Below, piece by piece: positions 52,201-64,000 of a stretch of 64,000 nucleotides of DNA (positions are counted from its first letter, which is position 1; each line of letters begins with the position of its first letter). Both the position numbers and the translations under genes were made by a program. This DNA comes from Eledone cirrhosa (taxonomy: Eukaryota), in NCBI GenBank assembly GCA_964016885.1, contig OZ024749.1, forward strand, positions 16,988,001-17,052,000. The letters are read 5' to 3'. A model generated the notes under the pieces. The model made no database searches. It was not told the DNA's origin and saw only the letters and a list, made by a program, of their open reading frames with translations.

Positions 52201-55200
52201 CACTTTACAGCATGGGCTGGGTGCTTTTTGCTGTGTCTCTCACATGTCCACTCTACAGCATGGGCTGGGTGCTTTTTGCTGTGTCTCTCACGTGTCCACT
52301 TTACAGCATGGGCTGGGTGCTTTTTGCTGTGTCTCTCACATGTCCACTTTACAGCATGGGCTGGCTGCTTTTTGCTGTGTCTCTCACATGTCCAATTTAC
52401 AGCATGGGCTGGGTGCTTTTTGCTGTGTCTCTCACATGTCCACTCTACAGCATGGGCTGGCTGCTTTTTTCTGTGTCTCTCACATGTCCACTTTACAGCA
52501 TGGGCTGGGTGCTTTTTGCTGTGTCTCTCACATGTCCACTTTACAGCATGGGCTGGGTGCTTTTTGCTGTGTCTTTCACATGTCCACTTTACAGCATGGG
52601 CTGGGTGCTTTTTGCTGTGTCTCTCACATGTCCACTTTACAGCATGGGCTGGGTGATTTTGCTGTGTCTCTCACATGTCCAATTTACAGCATGGGCTGGG
52701 TGCTTTTTGCTGTGTCTCTCACATGTCCACTCTACAGCATGGGCTGGCTGCTTTTTTCTGTGTCTCTCACATGTCCACTTTACAGCATGGGCTGGGTGCT
52801 TTTTGCTGTGTCTCTCACATGTCCACTTTACAGCATGGGCTGGGTGCTTTTTGCTGTGTCTTTCACATGTCCACTTTACAGCATGGGCTGGGTGCTTTTT
52901 GCTGTGTCTTTCACATGTACACTTTACAGCATGGGCTGGGTGCTTTTTGCTGTGTCTTTCACATGTCCACTCTATAGCATGGGGTGGGTGCTTTTTTCTG
53001 TGTCTCTCACATGTCCCCTCTACAGCATGGGCTAGGTGCTTTTTGCTGTGTCTCTCACACATCCACCCTACAGCATGGGCTCGGTACTTTTTGCTGTGTC
53101 TCTCACATATCCACTTTACAGCATGGGCTGGGTGCTCTTTAATGTGTCTCTCACATGTCCACTTTACAGCATGGGCTGGGTGCTTTTTGCTGTGTCTTTC
53201 ACATGTCCACTCTATAGAATGGGCTGGGTGCTTTTTGCTGTGTCTCTCACATGTCCCCTCTACAGCATGGGCTAGGTGCTTTTTGCTGTGTCTCTCACAC
53301 ATCCACTCTACAGCATGGGCTGGGTGCTTTTTGCTGTGTTTTTCACATGTCCAATTTACAGCGTGGGCTGGGTGCTTTTTGCTGTGTCTTTCACATGTCC
53401 ACTTTGCAGCATGGGCTGGGTGCTTTTTGCTGTGTCTCTCACATGTCCACATTACAGCATGGGCTGGGTGCTTTTTGCTGTGTCTTTCACATGTCCACTT
53501 TACAGCATGGGCTGGGTGCTTTTTGCTGTGTCTCTCACATGTCCACTTTACAGCATGGGCTTGGTGCTTTTTGCGGTGTCTTTCACATGTCCACTCTATA
53601 GCATGGGCTGGGTGCTTTTTTCTGTGTCTCTCACATGTCCCCTCTACAGCATGGGCTAGGTGCTTTTTGCTGTGTCTCTCAAACATCCACTCTACAGTAT
53701 GGGCTGGATACTTTTTGCTGTGTCACTCACATGTCCACTCTACAGCAGGGGCTGGCTGCTTTTTTCTGTGTCTCTCACATGTCCACTTTACAGCATGGGC
53801 TCGGTGCTTTTTGCTGTGTCTCTCACATGTCCTCTTTACAGCATGGGCTGGGTGCTTTTTGCTGTGTCTTTCACATGTTCAATTTACAGCGTGGGCTGGG
53901 TGCTTTTTGCTGTGTCTCTCACACGTCCACTCTACAGCATGGGCTGGGTGCTTTTTGCTGTGTCTCTCACACGTCCACTCTACAGCATGGGCTGGGTGCT
54001 TTTTGCTGTGTTTTTCACATGTTCAATTTACAGCGTGGGCTGGGTGCTTTTTGCTTTGTCTCTCACATGTCCACTTTACAGCATGGGCTGGGTGGTTTTT
54101 GCTGTGTCTCTCACATGTCCACTTTACAGCATGGGCTGGGTACTTTTTACTTTGTCTCTCACATGTCTGCTTTACAGCATGGGCTGGGTGCTTTTTACTT
54201 TGTCTCTCACATGTCCACTTTACAGCATGGGCTGGGTGCTTTTTGCTGTGTCTCTCACATGTCTACTTTACAGCATGGGCTGGGTACTTTTTACTTTGTC
54301 TCTCACATGTCTACTTTACAGCATGGGCTGGGTGCTTTTTGCTGTGTCTCTCACATGTCCACTTTACAGCATGGGCTGGGTACTTTTTACTTTGTCTCTC
54401 ACATGTCTACTTTACAGCATGGGCTGGGTGCTTTTTGCTGTGTCTCTAACATGTCCACTTTACAGCATGGGCTGGGTGCTTTTTACTTTGTCTCTCACAT
54501 GTCTACTTTACAGCATGGGCTGGGTGCTTTTTACTTTGTCCCTCACATGTCTACTTTACAGCATGGGCTGGGTGCTTTTTGCTGTGTCTCTCACATGTCC
54601 ACTTTACAGCATGGTCTGGGTGCTTTTTGCTGTGTCTCTCACATGTCCACTTTACAGCATGGGCTGGGTGTTTTTGCTGTGTCTCTAACATGTCCACTCT
54701 ACTGCATGGGCTGGTGCTTTTTGCTGTGTCTCTCACATGTCTACTTTACAGCATGGGCTGGGTGCTTTTTGCTGTGTCTCTCACATGTCCACTTTACAGC
54801 ATGGGCTGGGTGCTTTTTGCTGTGTCTCTCACATGTCCACTCTACAGCATGGGCTGGGTGCTTTTTGCTGTGTCTCTCACGTGTCCACTTTACAGCATGG
54901 GCTGGGTGCTTTTTGCTGTGTCTCTCACATGTCCACTTTACAGCATGGGCTGGCTGCTTTTTGCTGTGTCTCTCACATGTCCAATTTACAGCATGGGCTG
55001 GGTGCTTTTTGCTGTGTCTCTCACATGTCCACTCTACAGCATGGGCTGGCTGCTTTTTTCTGTGTCTCTCACATGTCCACTTTACAGCATGGGCTGGGTG
55101 CTTTTTGCTGTGTCTCTCACATGTCCACTTTACAGCATGGGCTGGGTGCTTTTTGCTGTGTCTTTCACATGTCCACTTTACAGCATGGGCTGGGTGCTTT

Positions 55201-58200
55201 TTGCTGTGTCTCTCACATGTCCACTTTACAGCATGGGCTTGGTGCTTTTTGCTGTGTCTTTCACATGTCCACTTTACAGCATGGGCTGGGTGCTTTTTGC
55301 TGTGTCTTTCACATGTCCACTCTATAGCATGGGGTGGGTGCTTTTTTCTGTGTCTCTCACATGTCCCCTCTACAGCATGTGCTAGGTGCTTTTTGCTGTG
55401 TCTCTCACACATCCACTCTACATCATGGGCTCGATACTTTTTGCTGTGTCTCTCACATGTCCACTTTACAGCATGGGCTGGGTGCTCTTTGATGTGTCTC
55501 TCACATGTCCACTTTACAGCATGGGCTGGGTGCTTTTTGCTGTGTCTTTCACATGTCCACTCTATAGAATGGGCTGGGTGCTTTTTGCTGTGTCTCTCAC
55601 ATGTCCCCTCTACAGCATGGGCTAGGTGCTTTTTGCTGTGTCTCTCACACATCCACTCTACAGCATGGGCTGGGTGCTTTTTGCTGTGTTTTTCACATGT
55701 CCAATTTACAGCGTGGGCTGGGTGCTTTTTGCTGTGTTTTTCACATGTCCACTTTACAGCATGGGCTGGGTGCTTTTTGCTGTGTCTCTAACATGTCCAC
55801 TTTACAGCATGGGCTGGGTGCTTTTTGCTTTGTCCCTCACATGTCCACTTTACAGCATGGGCTGGGTGCTTTTTGCTGTGACTCTCACATGTCCACTTTA
55901 CAGCATGGGCTGGGTGATTTTGCTGTGTCTCTAACATGTCCACTCTACAGCATGGGCTGGGTGCTTTTTGCTGTGTCTCTCACATGTCCACTCTACAGCA
56001 TGGGCTGGGTGCTTTTTGCTGTGTCTCTCACATCTCCACTCTACAGCAGGGGCTGGCTGCTTTTTTCTGTGTCTCTCACATGTCCACTTTACAGCATGGG
56101 CTGGGTGCTTTTTGCTGTGTCTCTCACATGTCCTCTTTACAGCATGGGCTGGGTGCTTTTTGCTGTGTCTTTCACATGTCCACTTTACAGCATGGGCTGG
56201 GTGCTTTTTTCTGTGTCTCTCACATGTCCACTTTACAGCATGGGCTGGGTGCTTTTTGCTGTGTCTTTCACATGTCCACTTTGCAGCATGGGCTGGGTGC
56301 TTTTTGCTGTGTCTCTCACATGTCCACATTACAGCATGGGCTGGGTGCTTTTTGCTGTGTCTTTCACATGTCCACTTTACAGCATGGGCTGGGTGCTTTT
56401 TGCTGTGTCTCTCACATGTCCACTTTACAGCATGGGCTTGGTGCTTTTTGCTGTGTCTTTCACATGTCCACTCTATAGCATGGGCTGGGTGCTTTTTTCT
56501 GTGTCTCTCACATGTCCACTTTACAGCATGGGCTGGCTGCTTTTTGCTGTGTCTCTCACATGTCCAATTTACAGCATGGGCTGGGTGCTTTTTGCTGTGT
56601 CTCTCACATGTCCACTCTACAGCATGGGCTGGCTGCTTTTTTCTGTGTCTGTCACATGTCCACTTTACAGCATGGGCTGGGTGCTTTTTGCTGTGTCTCT
56701 CACATGTCCACTTTACAGCATGGGCTGGGTGCTTTTTGCTGTGTCCCTCACATGTCCTCTTTACAGCATGGGCTGGGTGCTTTTTGCTGTGTCTTTCACA
56801 TGTCCACTTTACAGCATGGGCTGGGTGCTTTTTGCTGTGTCTCTCACATGTCCACTTTACAGCATGGGCTGGGTGCTTTTTGCTGTGTCTTTCACATGTC
56901 CACTCTATAGCATGGGGTGGGTGCTTTTTTCTGTGTCTCTCACATATCCAATTTACAGAGTGGGCTGGGTGCTTTTTGCTGTGTTTTTCACATGTCCACT
57001 TTACAGCATGGGCTGGGTACTTTTTGCTGTGTCTCTCACATGTCCACTTTACAGCATGGGCTGGGTGCTCTTTGATGTGTCTCTCACATGTCCACTTTAC
57101 AGCATGGGCTGGGTGCTTTTTGCTGTGTCTTTCACATGTCCACTCTATAGAATGGGCTGGGTGCTTTTTGCTGTGTCTCTCACATGTCCCCTCTACAGCA
57201 TGGGCTAGGTGCTTTTTGCTGTGTCTCTCACACATCCACTCTACAGCATGGGCTGGGTGCTTTTTGCTGTGTTTTTCACATGTCCAATTTACAGCGTGGG
57301 CTGGGTGCTTTTTGCTGTGTTTTTCACATGTCCACTTTACAGCATGGGCTGGGTGCTTTTTGCTGTGTCTCTAACATGTCCACTTTACAGCATGGGCTGG
57401 GTGCTTTTTGCTTTGTCTCTCACATGTCCACTTTACAGCATGGGCTGGGTGCTTTTTGCTGTGTCTCTCACATGTCCACTTTACAGCATGGGCTGGGTGA
57501 TTTTGCTGTGTCTCTAACATGTCCACTCTACAGCATGGGCTGGGTGCTTTTTGCTGTGTCTCTCACATGTCCACTCTACAGCATGGGCTGGGTGCTTTTT
57601 GCTGTGTCTCTCACATGTCCACTATACAGCATGGGCTGGGTGCTTTTTGCTGTGTCTCTCACATGTCCACTCTACAGCAGGGGCTGGCTGCTTTTTTCTG
57701 TGTCTCTCACATGTCCACTTTACAGCATGGGCTGGGTGCTTTTTGCTGTGTCTTTCACATGTCCACTTTACAGCATGGGCTGGGTGCTTTTTGCTGTGTC
57801 TCTCACATGTCCACTTTACAGCATGGGCTGGGTGCTTTTTGCTGTGTCTTTCACATGTCCACTTTGCAGCATGGGCTGGGTGCTTTTTGCTGTGTCTCTC
57901 ACATGTCCACTCTACAGCATGGGCTGGGTGCTTTTTGCTGTGTCTCTCACGTGTCCACTTTACAGCATGGGCTGGGTGCTTTTTGCTGTGTCTCTCACAT
58001 GTCCACTTTACAGCATGGGCTGGCTGCTTTTTGCTGTGTCTCTCACATGTCCAATTTACAGCATGGGCTGGGTGCTTTTTGCTGTGTCTCTCACATGTCC
58101 ACTCTACAACATGGGCTGGCTGCTTTTTTCTGTGTCTCTCACATGTCCACTTTACAGCATGGGCTGGGTGCTTTTTGCTGTGTCTCTCACATGTCCACTT

Positions 58201-61200
58201 TACAGCATGGGCTGGGTGCTTTTTGCTGTGTCTTTCACATGTCCACTTTACAGCATGGGCTGGGTGCTTTTTGCTGTGTCTCTCACATGTCCACTTTACA
58301 GCATGGGCTGGGTGCTTTTTGCTGTGTCTTTCACATGTACACTTTACAGCATGGGCTGGATGCTTTTTGCTGTGTCTTTCACATGTCCACTCTATAGCAT
58401 GGGGTGGGTGCTTTTTTCTGTGTCTCTCACATGTCCCCTCTACAGCATGGGCTAGGTGCTTTTTGCTGTGTCTCTCACACATCCACTCTACAGCATGGGC
58501 TCGGTACTTTTTGCTGTGTCTCTCACATGTCCACTTTACAGCATCGGCTGGGTGCTCTTTGATGTGTCTCTCACATGTCCACTTTACAGCATGGGCTGGG
58601 TGCTTTTTGCTGTGTCTTTCACATGTCCACTCTATAGAATGGGCTGGGTGCTTTTTACTGTGTCTCTCACATGTCCCCTCTACAGCATGGGCTAGGTGCT
58701 TTTTGCTGTGTCTCTCACACATCCACTCTACAGCATGGGCTTGGTGCTTTTTGCGGTGTCTTTCACATGTCCACTCTATAGCATGGGCTGGGTGCTTTTT
58801 TCTGTGTCTCTCACATGTCCCCTCTACAGCATGGGCTAGGTGCTTTTTGCTGTGTCTCTCACATGTCCACATTACAGCATGGGCTGGGTGCTTTTTGCTG
58901 TGTCTTTCACATGTCCACTTTACAGCATGGGCTGGGTGCTTTTTGCTGTGTCTCTCACATGTCCACTTTACAGCATGGGCTTGGTGCTTTTTGCGGTGTC
59001 TTTCACATGTCCACTCTATAGCATGGGCTGGGTGCTTTTTTCTGTGTCTCTCACATGTCCCCTCTACAGCATGGGCTAGGTGCTTTTTGCTGTGTCTCTC
59101 AAACATCCACTCTACAGCATGGGCTGGATACTTTTTGCTGTGTCTCTCACATGTCCACTCTACAGCAGGGGCTGGCTGCTTTTTTCTGTGTCTCTCACAT
59201 GCCCACTTTACAGCATGGGCTGGGTGCTTTTTGCTGTGTCTCTCACATGTCCTCTTTACAGCATGGGCTGGGTGCTTTTTGCTGTGTCTTTCACATGTTC
59301 AATTTACAGCTTGGGCTGGGTGCTTTTTGCTGTGTCTCTCACACGTCCACTCTACAGCATGGGCTGGGTGCTTTTTGCTGTGTCTCTCACACGTCCACTC
59401 TACAGCATGGGCTGGGTGCTTTTTGCTGTGTTTTTCACATGTTCAATTTACAGCGTGGGCTGGGTGCTTTTTGCTTTGTCTCTCACATGTCCACTTTACA
59501 GCATGGGCTGGGTGCTTTTTGCTGTGTCTCTCACATGTCCACTTTACAGCATGGGCTGGGTACTTTTTACTTTGTCTCTCACATGTCTACTTTACAGCAT
59601 GGGCTGGGTGCTTTTTACTTTGTCTCTCACATGTCCACTTTACAGCATGGGCTGGGTGCTTTTTGCTGTGTCTCTCACATGTCTACTTTACAGCATGGGC
59701 TGGGTACTTTTTACTTTGTCTCTCACATGTCTACTTTACAGCATGGGCTGGGTGCTTTTTGCTGTGTCTCTCACATGTCCACTTTACAGCATGGGCTGGG
59801 TGCTTTTTGCTGTGTCTTTCACATGTCCACTCTATAGCATGGGGTGGGTGCTTTTTTCTGTGTCTCTCACATATCCAATTTACAGCGTGGGCTGGGTGCT
59901 TTTTGCTGTGTTTTTCACATGTCCACTTTACAGCATGGGCTGGGTACTTTTTGCTGTGTCTCTCACATGTCCACTTTACAGCATGGGCTGGGTGCTTTTT
60001 GCTGTGTCTTTCACATGTCCACTCTATAGAATGGGCTGGGTGCTTTTTGCTGTGTCTCTCACATGTCCCCTCTACAGCATGGGCTAGGTGCTTTTTGCTG
60101 TGTCTCTCACACATCCACTCTACAGCATGGGCTGGATACTTTTTGCTGTGTTTTTGACATGTCCAATTTACAGCGTGGGCTGGGTGCTTTTTGCTGTGTT
60201 TTTCACATGTCCACTTTACAGCATGGGCTAGGTGCTTTTTGCTGTGTCTCTCACACATCCACTCTACAGCATGGGCTGGGTGCTTTTTGCTGTGTTTTTC
60301 ACATGTCCAATTTACAGCGTGGGCTGGGTGCTTTTTGCTGTGTTTTTCACATGTCCACTTTACAGCATGGGCTGGGTGCTTTTTGCTGTGTCTCTAACAT
60401 GTCCACTTTACAGCATGGGCTGGGTGCTTTTTGCTTTGTCTCTCACATGTCCACTTTACAGCATGGGCTGGGTGCTTTTTGCTGTGTCTCTCACATGTCC
60501 ACTTTACAGCATGGGCTGGGTGATTTTGCTGTGTCTCTAACATGTCCACTCTACAGCATGGGCTGGGTGCTTTTTGCTGTGTCTCTCACATGTCCACTCT
60601 ACAGCATGGGCTGGGTGCTTTTTGCTGTGTCTCTCACATGTCCACTATACAGCATGGGCTGGGTGCTTTTTGCTGTGTCTCTCACATGTCCACTCTACAG
60701 CAGGGGATGGCTGCTTTTTTCTGTGTCTCTCACATGTCCACTTTACAGCATGGGCTGGGTGCTTTTTGCTGTGTCTTTCACATGTCCACTTTACAGCATG
60801 GGCTGGGTGCTTTTTGCTGTGTCTCTCACATGTCCACTTTACAGCATGGGCTGGGTGCTTTTTGCTGTGTCTTTCACATGTCCACTTTGCAGCATGGGCT
60901 GGGTGCTTTTTGCTGTGTCTCTCACATGTCCACTCTACAGCATGGGCTGGGTGCTTTTTGCTGTGTCTCTCACGTGTCCACTTTACAGCATGGGCTGGGT
61001 GCTTTTTGCTGTGTCTCTCACATGTCCACTTTACAGCATGGGCTGGGTGCTTTTTGCTGTGTCTCTCACATGTCCAATTTACAGCATGGGCTGGGTGCTT
61101 TTTGCTGTGTCTCTCACATGTCCACTCTACAGCATGGGCTGGCTGCTTTTTTCTGTGTCTCTCACATGTCCACTTTACAGCATGGGCTGGGTGCTTTTTG

Positions 61201-64000
61201 CTGTGTCTCTCACATGTCCACTTTACAGCATGGGCTGGGTGCTTTTTGCTGTGTCTTTCACATGTCCACTTTACAGCATGGGCTGGGTGCTTTTTGCTGT
61301 GTCTCTCACATGTCCACTTTACAGCATGGGCTGGGTGCTTTTTGCCGTGTCTTTCACATGTACACTTTACAGCATGGGCTGGATGCTTTTTGCTGTGTCT
61401 TTCACATGTCCACTCTATAGCATGGGGTGGGTGCTTTTTTCTGTGTCTCTCACATGTCCCCTCTACAGCATGGGCTAGGTGCTTTTTGCTGTGTCTCTCA
61501 CACATCCACTCTACAGCATGGGCTCGGTACTTTTTGCTGTGTCTCTCACATGTCCACTTTACAGCATGGGCTGGGTGCTCTTTGATGTGTCTCTCACATG
61601 TCCACTTTACAGCATGGGCTGGGTGCTTTTTGCTGTGTCTTTCACATGTCCACTCTATAGAATGGGCTGGGTGCTTTTTGCTGTGTCTCTCACATGTCCC
61701 CTCTACAGCATGGGCTAGGTGCTTTTTGCTGTGTCTCTCACACATCCACTCTACAGCATGGGCTGGGTGCTTTTTGCTGTGTTTTTCACATGTCCAATTT
61801 ACAGCGTGGGCTGGGTGCTTTTTGCTGTGTCTTTTACATGTCCACTTTGCAGCATGGGCTGGGTGCTTTTTGCTGTGTCTCTCACATGTCCACATTACAG
61901 CATGGGCTGGGTGCTTTTTGCTGTGTCTTTCAAATGTCCACTTTACAGCATGGGCTGGGTGCTTTTTGCTGTGTCTCTCACATGTCCACTTTACAGCATG
62001 GGCTTGGTGCTTTTTGCGGTGTCTTTCACATGTCCACTCTATAGCATGGGCTGGGTGCTTTTTTCTGTGTCTCTCACATGTCCCCTCTACAGCATGGGCT
62101 AGGTGCTTTTTGCTGTGTCTCTCAAACATCCACTCTACAGCATGGGCTGGATACTTTTTGCTGTGTCTCTCACATGTCCACTCTACAGCAGGGGCTGGCT
62201 GCTTTTTTCTGTGTCTCTCACATGCCCACTTTACAGCATGGGCTGGGTGCTTTTTGCTGTGTCTCTCACATGTCCTCTTTACAGCATGGGCTGGGTGCTT
62301 TTTACTTTGTCTCTCACATGTCCACTTTACAGCATGGGCTGGGTGCTTTTTGCTGTGTCTCTCACATGTCTACTTTACAGCATGGGCTGGGTACTTTTTA
62401 CTTTGTCTCTCACATGTCTACTTTATAGCATGGGCTGGGTGCTTTTTGCTGTGTCTCTCACATGTCTACTTTACAGCATGGGCTGGGTACTTTTTACTTT
62501 GTCTCTCACATGTCTACTTTACAGCATGGGCTGGGTGCTTTTTGCTGTGTCTCTAACATGTCCACTTTACAGCATGGGCTGGGTGCTTTTTACTTTGTCT
62601 CTCACATGTCTACTTTACAGCATGGGCTGGGTGCTTTTTACTTTGTCTCTCACATGTCTACTTTACAGCATGGGCTGGGTGCTTTTTGCTGTGTCTCTCA
62701 CATGTCCACTTTACAGCATGGGCTGGGTGTTTTTGCTGTGTCTCTAACATGTCCACTCTACAGCATGGGCTGGTGCTTTTTGCTGTGTCTCTCACATGTC
62801 TACTCTACGGCATGGGCTGGGTGCTTTTTGCTGTGTCTCTCACATGTCCACTTTACAGCATGGGCTGCGTGCTTTTTGCTGTGTCTCTCACATGTCCACT
62901 CTACAGCATGGGCTGGGTGCTTTTTGCTGTGTCTCTCACGTGTCCACTTTACAGCATGGGCTGGGTGCTTTTTGCTATGTCTCTCACATGTCCACTTTAC
63001 AGCATGGGCTGGGTGTTTTTGCTGTGTCTCTAACATGTCCACTCTACAGCATGGGCTGGTGCTTTTTGCTGTGTCTCTCACATGTCTACTCTACGGCATG
63101 GGCTGGGTGCTTTTTGCTGTGTCTCTCACATGTCCACTTTACAGCATGGGCTGCGTGCTTTTTGCTGTGTCTCTCACATGTCCACTCTACAGCATGGGCT
63201 GGGTGCTTTTTGCTGTGTCTCTCACGTGTCCACTTTACAGCATGGGCTGGGTGCTTTTTGCTGTGTCTCTCACGTGTCCACTTTACAGCATGGGCTGGCT
63301 GCTTTTTGCTGTGTCTCTCACATGTCCAATTTACAGCATGGGCTGGGTGCTTTTTGCTGTGTCTCTCACATGTCCACTCTACAGCAGGGGCTGGCTGCTT
63401 TTTTCTGTGTCTCTCACATGTCCACTTTACAGCATGGGCTGGGTGCTTTTTGCTGTGTCTCTCACATGTCCACTTTACAGCATGGGCTGGGTGCTTTTTG
63501 CTGTGTCTTTCACATGTCCACTTTACAGCATGGGCTGGGTGCTTTTTGCTGTGTCTCTCACATGTCCACTTTACAGCATGGGCTGGGTGCTTTTTGCTGT
63601 GTCTTTCACATGTCCACTTTACAGCATGGGCTGGGTGCTTTTTGCTGTGTCTTTCACATGTCCACTCTATAGCATGGGGTGGGTGCTTTTTTCTGTGTCT
63701 CTCACATGTCCCCTCTACAGCATGGGCTAGGTGCTTTTTGCTGTGTCTCTCACACATCCACTCTACATCATGGGCTCGGTACTTTTTGCTGTGTCTCTCA
63801 CATGTCCACTTTACAGCATGGGCTGGGTGCTCTTTGATGTGTCTCTCACATGTCCACTTTACAGCATGGGCTGGGTGCTTTTTGCTGTGTCTTTCACATG
63901 TCCACTCTATAGAATGGGCTGGGTGCTTTTTGCTGTGTCTCTCACACATCCACTCAACAGCATGGGCTGGGTGCTTTTTGCTGTGTTTTTCACATGTCCA
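10213..64000 (+). repeat. 48-bp tandem satellite array, ~1120 monomers, continues past the window end
   Basis: Consensus CCACTTTACAGCATGGGCTGGGTGCTTTTTGCTGTGTCTCTCACATGT, repeated head-to-tail with recurrent point variants and occasional 46/47/49-bp monomers. No inversions or foreign insertions were seen by eye. Confidence 0.99.

Noticed and set aside
10258-63949. Long repeat-protein genes in the satellite
   Set aside because: ORFs overlap in 3-4 frames at once and switch frame at 46/47/49-bp monomers. This is explained by a 3n, stop-poor repeat of UTR origin.
10213-64000. CRISPR-like array
   Set aside because: Monomers are contiguous with no unique spacers, there are no cas genes, and the context is eukaryotic.
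10213-64000. G-quadruplex array (GGGCTGGG in each monomer)
   Set aside because: Only two G3 tracts per 48 bp with a 40-nt gap, so it does not meet the canonical four-tract pattern.

Overview
This is an AT-rich, repeat-dense animal genomic window. The SINE family, the RTE LINE and the HTGEKP-type C2H2 array suggest a coleoid cephalopod such as Octopus; this is inference. The first ~10 kb is a nest of decayed elements: three tRNA-derived SINEs, a ~0.5-kb local duplication carrying an RTE 3' fragment, a type I hammerhead ribozyme on the minus strand, a C2H2 zinc-finger pseudogene, a Penelope-like RT pseudogene, and a 5'-truncated RTE LINE with a PHD-type finger after its RT core. The remaining ~54 kb (10213 to the window end) is one head-to-tail array of a 48-bp monomer (about 1120 copies) with irregular higher-order structure. 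The array starts exactly at the first copy of a ~48-bp internal repeat in an RTE 3' UTR. Two unexpanded copies of that UTR lie in the same window, so the satellite appears to have expanded from inside a retrotransposon tail. The many ORFs over the array are best explained by a stop-poor 48-bp (3n) monomer. No intact protein-coding gene is supported.
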